Source of the DNA: Syntrophales bacterium | GTDB lineage: Bacteria > Desulfobacterota > Syntrophia > Syntrophales > PHBD01 | Assembly (NCBI GenBank): GCA_963668175.1 | Contig: OY764159.1 | Location: 1,888,001-1,952,000 of the forward strand | DNA length: 64,000 nucleotides | Reading direction: 5' to 3' | Shown here: positions 40,711 to 50,465 of the stretch, one piece after another | How the letters are laid out: each line of letters opens with the position of its first letter | Position numbering within the stretch: position 1 is the first letter of the stretch | Position numbers and translations under genes: made by a program | The notes under the pieces: model-generated | Databases searched by the model: none | Told to the model about the DNA's origin: nothing | Seen by the model: only the letters and a program-made list of their open reading frames with translations

Positions 40711-41496
40711 ATGACGATGACGAAACCCATGCCTGCCGTCTTCATCGGGCACGGCAACCCGATGAATGCCCTGCACATCAACGACTATACAAAGGGATGG
40801 GCCGCCGTCGGCGCGGCGATCCCAAGGCCCCGGGCCATTCTCTGCATTTCCGCCCACTGGTACCTGCCCGCCACGATGGTGACGGCGATGGACCGTCCCC
40901 GGACTATCCACGACTTCGGCGGGTTTCCCCGGGAACTTTACGCCGTCGAGTACCCGGCGCCGGGCGACCCGGACCTGGCCGAGCGCGTCCGGTCCCTGCT
41001 TGCGCCCGTTGCCGTCGAGCGGGACCGCACATGGGGCCTCGACCACGGAACCTGGTCGGTCCTCCGTCACGTCTTCCCGCAGGCCGATGTCCCGGTCGTG
41101 CAACTCAGCATCGACGAGATGCGGCCCGCGGCCTTCCACTACGAACTGGGCCGACGGCTTTCGCCCCTCCGGGACGAAGGGGTCTTCATCGTCGGGAGCG
41201 GCAATCTCGTCCACAATCTCCATACGTATGCCTGGGGACGGCCGGGCGTAGAGCCTTACGACTGGGCCGTCCGCTTCGAAAACGAGGTCAGGAAATTATT
41301 GATTGCCGGCGACGATCAGCCCCTTATCGCATACGAGACATTCGGCGGCGACGGGAGGCTTTCGGTCCCGACGCCGGACCATTATCTGCCGCTCCTCTAT
41401 ATCGCGGCGCTCCGGCGGCCTGGCGAGGAAGTGCGTTTCCCCGTCGAAGGGTTCGACGGCGGTTCCATCTCCATGCTTGCCGTGCAGATCGGTTGA
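40711..41496 (+). CDS. ygiD: 4,5-DOPA extradiol dioxygenase family
   Basis: GHGNPMN, SAHW, GLDHG, GSGNLVHNL, PTPDHYLP. Confidence 0.9.
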   Translation: MTMTKPMPAVFIGHGNPMNALHINDYTKGWAAVGAAIPRPRAILCISAHWYLPATMVTAMDRPRTIHDFGGFPRELYAVEYPAPGDPDLAERVRSLLAPVAVERDRTWGLDHGTWSVLRHVFPQADVPVVQLSIDEMRPAAFHYELGRRLSPLRDEGVFIVGSGNLVHNLHTYAWGRPGVEPYDWAVRFENEVRKLLIAGDDQPLIAYETFGGDGRLSVPTPDHYLPLLYIAALRRPGEEVRFPVEGFDGGSISMLAVQIG

Positions 41497-41574
41497 AGGG
41501 GGGCTTGCCGGCGGCAGTTAAGATCGTCGGTTAGCGGCGGCTGCGGCCGCTTCGGCGGGCAAAATGGACATGAA

Positions 41575-41601
41575 AAGGCGGAAAATCGTCATTCCCGCCT
41601 T
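41575..41601. terminator. Hairpin between convergent genes
   Basis: AAGGCGG...CCGCCTT flanked by A/T runs. Confidence 0.5.
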
Positions 41602-41604
41602 GTT

Positions 41605-43656
41605 TTATTTGGTCGGGTCACCGGATGGAGAGACTGCGGCGGTCGCCGCCGGATTCATCGCTATCATGTCGAGAAGGATATTGACGCCTTCCTCGTCGAA
41701 GGGAATTTCCCGTTCCTTGGACTTTTTCCGCAATTCCGACCAGTCCGTCTTGGCGAGGTTCTCCTTTTTGGTTTCGTCGCGCAGGTCTGCTATCCGGACG
41801 ATGCCTTTCTTCGCCGCGATCTCCTGGTTCGTCTTCACGATTTCTGCGAAGGCCTTGCTCTTTTCGACCCTGGCCTTGGATTTGGCGGCCAGGTAGGAAA
41901 CGAGGGCCGGATCGACGGGGCGCCAGGGAGGATATGGGACCGACGCGTTTGCCGGGGTATAGACGAAGGGAGGGATAGCCTGGGTGGGCAGGGCGTAATC
42001 GAGGGTCTGCTCGCCGATGTCCTCGTTGCTGAAGAGGCCGGGGAGGACGACGTCCGCGGCGACGCCCGCCTTCTGGGTGGACGTGCCGCCGGGGAGGAAA
42101 AACATATCGGTCGTGACCCTCATGCCGCCGAGCCCCCGGGGAAGCTGTTCGACGCGCTGGACGGAGCCCTTGCCGAAGGTGTGGTCGGCGCCGACGATGA
42201 CGGCCCGGCGGTAATCTTTCAGCGCCCCGGCGACGATTTCGCTCGCCGATGCGGAAAGGCGGCTAGTGAGTACAACAAGGGGTCCCGTGTAGACGGCCGC
42301 CCGGTTCTCCCTCGGGTAGCCCGTGATCTTCAGCATGCCGTTCCCGGTCTCCCGCGACGAGATGCCGTTGGCAAGGATGTTGATGCGGCCCTCCGCGTTT
42401 TTCGTCGCCACAACGCCGCCGCGATCGATGAAAAGTCCCGTAATACGGACGGCGTCGTTGAGAAGGCCGCCGCCGTTGCGGGAAAGATCGAGGACGATCC
42501 CGTCCACTTTCTTTGCCTTGGCTTCTTCGAGAAGGGCCTTGACGTCCCTGTAGGCCGACTTCCCCTCCTTCTGCTCGCCGTAGAACGAGGGCAGCCTGAT
42601 AATGCCGAATAGGTATTTCTGTTTCCCGACTTTCCTGTTCTCGTAAGTGATCTTCGCTTCCTGTTCCTTGAGGTTGATCTTGTCGCGTACGATGGTTACG
42701 GTGAAGCGGTCCGTTTTTGCGCCGCGCCGGAGGATCGTCAGGGTGACCCTGGTTCCTTTCTTGCCGCGGATCATCTTGATGACCTCTTTGAGGTCCATGT
42801 CGATCACGTTGACGGGTTTTTCCTTTTCCTGGGCCACGGCGATGATTCTGTCCTTCGGCTTGATAAGGCCGCTGCGTTCCGCCCCGCCGCCGGGAACCAG
42901 CTCTTCGATGATGGTGAAGCCGTTTTCGCTGCTCAGCATGGCCCCGATTCCTTCCAGGGAGAGCTGCATATGGATGCGGAATTCCTCCAGGCTGTCCGGG
43001 GACATGTAGGCGCTGTGGGGGTCCAGGGCCACGGCGAAGGCCTCGGCGAAGGACTCGATCAGCTTGTCCGGATTGCGTTCGGCGAGGCGCTTGGTCTGCA
43101 ACTCGTAGCGGTGGATGAGCTGTTTCTTGGCCTCCGCGAGGCTGTTGTCCGCCAGAAGGTCGTTGGCGATCTGGAAATGGACGAATTTCCGCAGGATGTC
43201 TTCTTTTTCGGCCTTCGTCTTCGGATAGGGCCGCTTGTCGATGTCGGTGTTGATCTCCACGGACTCGTCGAGCTTATAGCCGGCGCCCAGGAACTCTTTG
43301 ACGAACTGTTCGTTCTCTTTCGCCCGCTTGAGAAGCAGGCTGTAAACATCTGTGAGTGCGGTACATTTGCCCTCCTGTATCGTGCCGAACATTTCGATGA
43401 GGTCCCGGCGGAGCTTCACCACGTCCGCTTCGTAAAAAAGGGTCTTGGTCGTGTCGAGGCGCTTGATCATCTGGTCGACCGTATGGGCCGCGATCGTTTC
43501 GTCCAGGAACCTCATGGCGTAGTGATTGGCGAGAAAGTCGTTCATGATGCCCGGGAGGTAGTTGCACGTGAGATTGTCCGCCCGCGAACAGGCGGGGAGC
43601 AGTATGATCGTAAGTGCTATGAGGAGCAAGCGCAGAACGCGAAAATATCTTTTCAT
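41605..43656 (-). CDS. Carboxy-terminal processing protease (S41, Prc/Tsp-like), lipoprotein signal
   Basis: LDPHS, PDZ GIGA, DLSRNGGG, SASASEI, FGKGSVQ; ILLPAC lipobox-like. Confidence 0.9.
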   Translation of the reverse strand: MKRYFRVLRLLLIALTIILLPACSRADNLTCNYLPGIMNDFLANHYAMRFLDETIAAHTVDQMIKRLDTTKTLFYEADVVKLRRDLIEMFGTIQEGKCTALTDVYSLLLKRAKENEQFVKEFLGAGYKLDESVEINTDIDKRPYPKTKAEKEDILRKFVHFQIANDLLADNSLAEAKKQLIHRYELQTKRLAERNPDKLIESFAEAFAVALDPHSAYMSPDSLEEFRIHMQLSLEGIGAMLSSENGFTIIEELVPGGGAERSGLIKPKDRIIAVAQEKEKPVNVIDMDLKEVIKMIRGKKGTRVTLTILRRGAKTDRFTVTIVRDKINLKEQEAKITYENRKVGKQKYLFGIIRLPSFYGEQKEGKSAYRDVKALLEEAKAKKVDGIVLDLSRNGGGLLNDAVRITGLFIDRGGVVATKNAEGRINILANGISSRETGNGMLKITGYPRENRAAVYTGPLVVLTSRLSASASEIVAGALKDYRRAVIVGADHTFGKGSVQRVEQLPRGLGGMRVTTDMFFLPGGTSTQKAGVAADVVLPGLFSNEDIGEQTLDYALPTQAIPPFVYTPANASVPYPPWRPVDPALVSYLAAKSKARVEKSKAFAEIVKTNQEIAAKKGIVRIADLRDETKKENLAKTDWSELRKKSKEREIPFDEEGVNILLDMIAMNPAATAAVSPSGDPTK

Positions 43657-44089
43657 GTTATCGGTTTTTTCCTTCCCGGCGCCTGCGCCGTTGCGAAATG
43701 ACGCCGCCGGCCTGTTGCGCCGGCGGTTGCGGGTGTCGTGCTTTGATATTCCTTTGCCCGGGGGACCTCGCCTTTACCGGGGATCTTTTAATTATTTGAA
43801 GATAGAGGCGAAACCCTTTTTTTGTCAAGGAAAAAGGTTAAAAAAACCCGCCGAACGGGGGGGCGCCGCCGCATGGAAAAAAGAACAGTATACGGGCAGA
43901 GAAAGACTGTATTCATCCCAACTCCATTGACTTTGCCTCCGGTCCCGTATATGGTGAAAAATCGATGTTCGAAGGAAAGCAGCGGTTCCTGCCGGCGCAG
44001 ATGCCCCGGCTTCGCCTGGGTGCGGTGGAGGCGCTGAGGATTTTCATGTTTAAGGGCTTTTATAAAATTCAATGCAAGGGAGATGATTC

Positions 44090-44611
44090 ATGAAAAGAAA
44101 ATGTCTGTCCATGGCGGTCCTGTTGGTTCTCGTGATACTGTTCGGCTGCGCCACGTCCCGGGACATGGCCGACAAGAAGGCCAGCGGCGAGGCCACGAAT
44201 GTTTCCTACGACTACCCGTGGGAAAAGGTGTACGACGCTTACCATTACGTTCTGGAAAACACGGCCATGAGCCCCATCAACATCAGGACGAGTTCGCCCT
44301 TCAGCCACACCAAGTACCTGAAGATGGAGAAGATAATCATGGTCATGAATTACGCTGTGTCGACCAAGCATGTGGAACTCGCCATGTACTTCACGGCGGA
44401 GGGGGACGGCAAGACGAAGGTCACGATCGTCGGAGGGACGACCTTGTTCACCACATTCACCCAGCAGGCCGCCGTCAGGCAGATCGTCGACGAAGTCGCG
44501 TTCGTCCTGAAGAACGACGGCAAAGGCTATAACGACTATTCGACGGCGAATTCGGAGAAATGGGAAGACAGAGGCGAAAACAAAGGGAAAGCCGCTGATC
44601 CCGGTATATGA
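44090..44611 (+). CDS. Hypothetical lipoprotein, paralogue 1
   Basis: ILFG-C lipobox; YDYPWEKVY motif shared with 48424 and 48958. Confidence 0.8.
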   Translation: MKRKCLSMAVLLVLVILFGCATSRDMADKKASGEATNVSYDYPWEKVYDAYHYVLENTAMSPINIRTSSPFSHTKYLKMEKIIMVMNYAVSTKHVELAMYFTAEGDGKTKVTIVGGTTLFTTFTQQAAVRQIVDEVAFVLKNDGKGYNDYSTANSEKWEDRGENKGKAADPGI

Positions 44612-45002
44612 TAAATTCCCTGTCCCGTCCGGTGCGTGAACGCGCGGCGGACGGGACGATGCGTGCCGCACAGGGGCTTCGCCGGGACGGTTCGATCAAG
44701 AATGAAAAGGCTTGACCCCGTTCCGCAATGATGTATATTTCATCCGTATGTCATGCAGGCTGCAGGGAGAAGGCCGGATCGTTCAACATATGCGCCCGGA
44801 GGTTATGCCGAAATGTCGCGACGGTTTGCCGCTTAACGCCCCCGTTTCTTAAGAAGAAACCGGGGTTTTTTTGCGGTCGGCGCCCGCCTTGGTTATGCAC
44901 CCGGGGCAAATGCGGAGGCAGGGAGAAAAGATGCCGCCGCCGGCCTTTCTCGCGGACATCAGTGATCGCGCAGGCATACAGGGACGGCGCCGCAGCGAAG
45001 AC

Positions 45003-45593
45003 TTAACGCGGCAGCAGCAGTTCCCGTGCCCCTTTCAGGAATATCTCGACGGCGACGAGCGTGAGCAGCATGCCCATGAGGCGCTCGATGGCCGTCAGCA
45101 CGCGGTCTCCCAGAAGACGGCCGACATGTTCGGAAAAGAGCAGCACGGCACCCGACGCGAACCAGGCCATGATGAGGGCGGCGAACCATTCCGGCCAGCG
45201 CGACGGGTCCCTGGCCATGAGGAGCAGGACGGTAGCGACGGCGGAAGGGCCGGCGACGAGCGGTATGGCCAGGGGAACGATCAGCGGCTCCCCGGCGGGG
45301 ATATCGCCGAATATCTTTTCCGAACCGATGAAGATCATCTTCAGGGCGATCATGAAGAGGACGATCCCTCCGGCGATGCTCAGGGACGGTTCGGAAATGT
45401 CGAGGTAGCTGAGGATATAGCGGCCCGCAAAGAGGAAAAGGACAAGAACGATAAGGGCGATCAGCATCTCCCGTGCGATGATCCCTTTGCGCCGTTCCTC
45501 CGGGACGCTTTTCAGGATGGAGAGGAAAAGCGGGATGTTCCCGAAGGGGTCGATCACCAGGAACAGCAGTATGGCCGCCGAAAACATGGACAT
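45003..45593 (-). CDS. MarC-family membrane protein
   Basis: DPFGN, AGG, VPLAIPLVAGP, ERLMG. Confidence 0.9.
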   Translation of the reverse strand: MSMFSAAILLFLVIDPFGNIPLFLSILKSVPEERRKGIIAREMLIALIVLVLFLFAGRYILSYLDISEPSLSIAGGIVLFMIALKMIFIGSEKIFGDIPAGEPLIVPLAIPLVAGPSAVATVLLLMARDPSRWPEWFAALIMAWFASGAVLLFSEHVGRLLGDRVLTAIERLMGMLLTLVAVEIFLKGARELLLPR

Positions 45594-45949
45594 AACGACA
45601 TCGCTTTCGTGTGCGTCGGGTGCGGCACGGAGCCGTCCCGGACCGGTTGCGCGTTGAACCGCCGCCCGCCGGGCCGCGAAGACCCGGCAAGGGAAGCGTC
45701 CATACGGGACATGTAAATAATATAGCACAGCGGCAGCCATAGTTCAAAAGGAGACGGAGGCGGGACTGCCGGCGCGCATCGGGCGCCGGGGAAGGAGAGG
45801 AATTACAGGGCCAAGGCCGGCCGGCAGGGCGTTCCGGCCTGCGGAGGCGGATTGTGCATGTTTGGTATATCCGTGGGACATCCCGGCGATAAGAGGACGG
45901 TTTACGAAAAACCGCCATCCAATAAAGCGAGGGAAAAGGAGGGGAGCAC

Positions 45950-46744
45950 ATGGATTACGAAAGCATCATCTTCGAGAAATCGGACCGCATTGCGACCATC
46001 AGACTCAACCGTCCCAAGTATTTCAACGCCCTGGACTTCACGCTCGGCAACGAACTGGTGAACGCCCTGGAGATCTGCCAGGACGACGAAGACATCCGGG
46101 TCGTGGTCCTGACCGGGGAGGGCAAGGCCTTCTGTTCCGGCGGCGACCTCCGCCTCTTCCGGGAGCAGGTGGACAGCGCCAATCCTTCGGATGTGGTGCG
46201 GAAGCTCGTGCGGGTCTTCAACGCCACGATCCACGCCGTCCGGCACATGCCCAAGCCCGTGATCGCCTCCATCAACGGCGCCCTGGGCGGCGGCGGTTTC
46301 ACCCTGGCTGCGGCCTGCGACATCCGCATCGCGGCGTCTTCCGCCATCCTGCGGCAGGCCTACACCAGCGTCAGCCTCGTCCCCGACGGCGCGTGGACGC
46401 TCATGGTGCCCATGCTGATCGGCCTGGGGAAGGCCACGGAACTGCTCCTGCTCGATCCGATCCTCACGGCCCGGGAGGCCTTGGAGATGGGCCTGATCAA
46501 CCGGGTCGTGGACGACGCCGATCTGAGAAGGGTCACCATGGAAATGGCGGCAAAGCTGGCGGCCGGACCGACGCGCTCTTTCGCCATCGCGAAGGACAAC
46601 CTGAACCACGCGACACTCGACCTCCTGGAGAGGCAGCTCGAACTGGAGCGGTCGGGAATGATCCGGGCGGCAAGGACCGCCGACTACAGGGAAGGCCTGA
46701 AGGCGTTCTTCGAGAAAAGGGAGGCCCGTTTCACGGGGAAGTGA
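45950..46744 (+). CDS. Enoyl-CoA hydratase/isomerase (PaaG-like)
   Basis: LNRP...NAL, AFCSGGDL, KPVIA, LVPDG. Confidence 0.9.
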   Translation: MDYESIIFEKSDRIATIRLNRPKYFNALDFTLGNELVNALEICQDDEDIRVVVLTGEGKAFCSGGDLRLFREQVDSANPSDVVRKLVRVFNATIHAVRHMPKPVIASINGALGGGGFTLAAACDIRIAASSAILRQAYTSVSLVPDGAWTLMVPMLIGLGKATELLLLDPILTAREALEMGLINRVVDDADLRRVTMEMAAKLAAGPTRSFAIAKDNLNHATLDLLERQLELERSGMIRAARTADYREGLKAFFEKREARFTGK

Positions 46745-46780
46745 ACCGGCGGGGAATACATATGACAAGGAGCATGTTTC

Positions 46781-47119
46781 ATGAGTAAAGCAAATGCCGG
46801 CGTGACTGTCGAAGACGAACAGAAACTTGCGGAAATTTTGAAAGCGAACGACCGCATCGTCGCCCTGTTCTATGCATCCTGGTGCCCGTTTTGCGCCAGG
46901 TTCCTGCCGATTTTCGCAAAACAGGCCGGTGCCGGACGGAACTTTATCTTCGTCAAGGACGACGATGAAGAAATCGCGGGCCGTTACGCCGTAGATATTT
47001 ATCCCACGGTGATCTTTTTCAAGGGCGGAAAAGCCGTAAGGAGGCTGGACGGCAAGGCCGGTGTCGGCCTGAACGAAAAGCAGCTGACCGAATTCGTCGA
47101 GTTGTGCGGGCCTGCCTGA
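46781..47119 (+). CDS. Thioredoxin-family protein
   Basis: FYASWCPFC and YPTVIFF. Confidence 0.85.
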   Translation: MSKANAGVTVEDEQKLAEILKANDRIVALFYASWCPFCARFLPIFAKQAGAGRNFIFVKDDDEEIAGRYAVDIYPTVIFFKGGKAVRRLDGKAGVGLNEKQLTEFVELCGPA

Positions 47120-47218
47120 AAGCGGCGCCCGGCAGGATCGCGAAGGCGGAGAGAAGGGAATCGGAAAAAACAGACGGGCCGCTCTCTATGGCAGATCGGT
47201 CCGATAAGCGAGGATCGT

Positions 47219-47686
47219 ATGGTAAAAGTACGCACGGCGACGCCGGCCGACTATAACGACTGGCTTGCGCTGGCGAAAGAGGTGGAGCCGCTGTTCGGCC
47301 CCATGGTCGGCGATGCATCCTTCCGCGATGCGCTGAAAAGCGCCCTCCTCGAACGGAGCGCGTTATGCGTTTCCGGGCCGGCAGGGGACGGCGGGGAGAT
47401 GTTTCACGGCGGTGTCGTCGTTTCCAGGGAAGCCAACGAAATCCTCTGGCTTGCCGTCTGCCGGGACAGCCGCCGGCAGGGAGCGGGGAAAGCGCTGCTG
47501 GCGGAGGCCATCGCGGGGATGGACAGGGACAGGCCGGTGACGGTGACGACCTTCGACGGGACCGTCGAGGCGGGTCTCCCCGCCAGACGGCTCTACCTGT
47601 CGTTCGGCTTCGTTGACGGAGAACCGGCGGGAGCGAACCCTGCGGGTATTCCCACGGCTACAATGGTTCTTGCGGCGTCTTCGTGA
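47219..47686 (+). CDS. GNAT-family N-acetyltransferase
   Basis: RRQGAGKAL and ARRLYLSFGF. Confidence 0.85.
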   Translation: MVKVRTATPADYNDWLALAKEVEPLFGPMVGDASFRDALKSALLERSALCVSGPAGDGGEMFHGGVVVSREANEILWLAVCRDSRRQGAGKALLAEAIAGMDRDRPVTVTTFDGTVEAGLPARRLYLSFGFVDGEPAGANPAGIPTATMVLAASS

Positions 47687-47790
47687 CAGCCGTGCGGATG
47701 TCCCGGAAGCCCGAGGCGCTTCCCGTCCGTTGCCGTTGTCTCGCGGGATGCGGGGCCGGTTCGGGCGGTTGCCGGACCGGACAAGAAGCG

Positions 47791-47830
47791 GCTGACCGAA
47801 TTCGTCAAATTGTGCCGGACCGCCGGATAA
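47791..47830 (+). repeat. Diverged copy of the thioredoxin 3' end
   Basis: GCTGACCGAATTCGTC identical at 47083-47098 and 47791-47806; the similarity continues to an in-frame stop. Confidence 0.65.
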
Positions 47831-47895
47831 GGGTTGGAAAATCGCCGCGGCGGTTCGGTCGATGAAAGTCCGGGGCGTTGTTTGTAGAAGGATGT

Positions 47896-48228
47896 ATGAA
47901 GAGCAGTATGAACGAGCAGAGATCGGGGAGGCCGACGGGAAAAGCGAAAATCGCGCTCGCGTTTCTCATGGCGGGCCTCTTTTTCCTGGGGTCGGTCCTT
48001 GCCGATTTTGCCGATGCCCGGACGCGGCGGCACGACCGGCACGGCCGCCCGGCGCAGAAGACCGTCGCCAAGAAGCGCACGGGCAAGCCGCAAAAACAGA
48101 AAAAGCCCAGGGCCAGGAAAATCAAACGCGGCAAGAAAAGCCCCGTCAGGAAGAACGCCGACGACAAGGTCGTCTTCATGCGCGGCGATTCACGCCCGTT
48201 CGTGAAAAAGGCCGACGGGCCTTCCTGA
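47896..48228 (+). CDS. Small Lys/Arg-rich exported or membrane-anchored hypothetical protein
   Basis: Hydrophobic IALAFLMAGLFFLGSVLA followed by a highly basic tail; start uncertain. Confidence 0.55.
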   Translation: MKSSMNEQRSGRPTGKAKIALAFLMAGLFFLGSVLADFADARTRRHDRHGRPAQKTVAKKRTGKPQKQKKPRARKIKRGKKSPVRKNADDKVVFMRGDSRPFVKKADGPS

Positions 48229-48423
48229 TTGCGCCGGCGGGACATAAGCAGGACGAGGGCAAAGAACAGGCGGGAAAGCAGCGGCGGCAACGACGTGTCG
48301 CCGAACGAGGAGGCGGTTATGGCGGGAGTGAACGAAGGGGGCTGCGGCCGGTAGATATTGTCCGGAGCGGTTCCGTTCGTTCGTAATCTTTCAAACAAAT
48401 CCATTGAACCAGGGGGGGTACCA

Positions 48424-48921
48424 ATGAAAAAGAGCATTGCATTCGTTTTGATTCTGTCGGTCGTTGTCACGGTCTTCGGTTGCGCCACGCCTCAGGACAT
48501 GGCGCAGAAGAAAGCCGGCGGCGAAGCCATTCACGTCTATTACGATTATCCGTGGGAAAAGGTCTACGAGACGTATCGTTACGTCCTCGAGAATTCCGCC
48601 ATGGAACCCATCCTCGCAAGGACAAGCACGCCTTTCAGCCGTATCAAATATCTCACCTATCAGAAAGTGATCATGGTCATGTTCTACGGGGTGACGTTCA
48701 GGGATGTGGAACTGGCCATTTACTTCACGCCGGAGTCGGATAAAAGGACGAAAATCTCCCTCGTAAAAGGCCTGACCATGCTGGGAACGGTGAACCAGGA
48801 CGAGGCCGTCAGGGAGATCTTCGACGAGGTCGACTTTGTCCTGAAGAACAAGGGCCAGGGCTATATCGAATACACGACGGCCAATTCCGCGAAGTACGAT
48901 CTGGAGAAGCCGTTCAAGTAG
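48424..48921 (+). CDS. Hypothetical lipoprotein, paralogue 2
   Basis: TVFG-C lipobox; YDYPWEKVY; DEVDFVLKN. Confidence 0.8.
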   Translation: MKKSIAFVLILSVVVTVFGCATPQDMAQKKAGGEAIHVYYDYPWEKVYETYRYVLENSAMEPILARTSTPFSRIKYLTYQKVIMVMFYGVTFRDVELAIYFTPESDKRTKISLVKGLTMLGTVNQDEAVREIFDEVDFVLKNKGQGYIEYTTANSAKYDLEKPFK

Positions 48922-48957
48922 GATGCGTTCATAAAACGTCATGAACTTGGGGGGGCC

Positions 48958-49491
48958 ATGAAGCGAAGAGGTTTATTCATTCTGGTGGTGTCCTTTATTA
49001 TCGTCATCTTCGGGTGTATGCCCGCCTGGAAGGAAGAAAGGCAGGCTAAATACGGAAGCGAGCCCGTCGATGTCTCTTACGACTATTCATGGGAGAAAGT
49101 GTACGACGCCTATCACTATGTCTTCCGGAATTCTCTCATGCCGCCCATCGTTATGAGATCAAGGTGGGAGTACAGTCATCTGGCATTATTGACCAAGGAG
49201 AAAAGAATAGTCGTCATGGTCTATGTTCCGGCCATCTTTATATACCAAGACATTGAATTGGATATTTCCTTCACGCCTGAGGGAAACAATAGAACGAAGG
49301 TCCATATCGTAAAAGGCGTGACCAATCTTCAGAAGCATCAGGAGTACGCGGTCAAAATGCTCCTGGACGAAGTGAATTTTGTTCTTAAGAATGACGGCAA
49401 GGGTTTCTTTGATTATACGAAGACGAATTCCTTGAAATGGTATCGAGACACCATGGCCGAAAGGATGAATTGGAATTACAACTTGAAATGA
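48958..49491 (+). CDS. Hypothetical lipoprotein, paralogue 3
   Basis: VIFG-C lipobox; YDYSWEKVY; DEVNFVLKN. Confidence 0.8.
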   Translation: MKRRGLFILVVSFIIVIFGCMPAWKEERQAKYGSEPVDVSYDYSWEKVYDAYHYVFRNSLMPPIVMRSRWEYSHLALLTKEKRIVVMVYVPAIFIYQDIELDISFTPEGNNRTKVHIVKGVTNLQKHQEYAVKMLLDEVNFVLKNDGKGFFDYTKTNSLKWYRDTMAERMNWNYNLK

Positions 49492-49618
49492 TGCGGCCGT
49501 GTGTTGTGGATGTGGCAGGCTTAATCTCCCGTTCGTATAAGGGATGACGATGAGCCCCGTGCGCGCCTCATCGAAATGGGGTCGGACACAGCAACAGGGA
49601 AAGAAGGGGTATTCCTTT

Positions 49619-49801
49619 ATGAAGCCCGTCAAGGTTGTCACTATCTTGCTTTTGATTTTCATCGCCCTGGCCCAGCTTCTGCGCGTGTGTTTCGGCCTGG
49701 AGATAACGATCAACGGCTACCGCGAACCCGTGTGGCTCAGTGCGGTCGCCGCCACGATCTTCGGCGGGCTTGCCTTCCTGCTCTGGCGCGAGGAGCGCTG
49801 A
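49619..49801 (+). CDS. 60-aa two-TM membrane protein, copy A
   Basis: MKPVKVVTILLLIF...PVWLSAVA...FGGLAFLLWREER. Confidence 0.75.
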   Translation: MKPVKVVTILLLIFIALAQLLRVCFGLEITINGYREPVWLSAVAATIFGGLAFLLWREER

Positions 49802-49951
49802 ACCATCCGTTCAGGAAAGGACTGTTGCCGCGGAACGAATCGCCGCCGGCTGAAAAGTATGCCCCGGGGACGGCGGGCGTCCGGGACCGGGAAGCGGCGC
49901 CCGCGCCGCACATCCGAAAGAGCCGTTTCAATGTAAAGGAGGAGGTCGTTT

Positions 49952-50131
49952 ATGAAGCCTGTCAAAATTCTCACCGTGGCACTCCTGCTCTTTATCGCCG
50001 CGGCGCATCTGGTGCGCCTCGCAACCGGCATGGAGATCGTCATCGGCGGCCATGTCATTCCCGTGTGGATCAGCGCCGTCGCCGTCGTGATCTTCGGCGG
50101 CCTGGCCGCCTGCCTCTGGCGCTCGCGGTGA
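49952..50131 (+). CDS. 59-aa two-TM membrane protein, copy B (absent from the ORF track)
   Basis: SD AGGAGGAGG; MKPVKILTVALLLF...PVWISAVA...FGGLAACLWRSR. Confidence 0.8.
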   Translation: MKPVKILTVALLLFIAAAHLVRLATGMEIVIGGHVIPVWISAVAVVIFGGLAACLWRSR

Positions 50132-50357
50132 AGGCAACCGGCCGGACTGGTCCCTCAGAGCCGTCGCAGCTAGATCGTCTTTACAGGTGCGGGGGCAATC
50201 GTGGCAGCCGAACTTGTCGCCGCAAGTGGAAAGAGCGAACAATTTTGTGTAGAGATCATAGGCAAATCATGGTAGTGAAAATCTGAAGATTTATATTTGC
50301 CTAAGTTCCATTCCTCATCACCATGCCTGTTTATGGAGGAACAATGGACTGATTCGT

Positions 50358-50396
50358 AAGACCCCGTATCTTTTGAACAAGAGAACGGGGTTTTTT
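50358..50396 (+). terminator. Intrinsic terminator upstream of the ATPase gene
   Basis: ACCCCGT...ACGGGGT followed by a T run. Confidence 0.65.
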
Positions 50397-50465
50397 AATG
50401 GCTCATATCCAAGCAAATTGGTTCAATAAAGTTATTCAGCTATATTTAAAAGAAAAGAGGTAATA

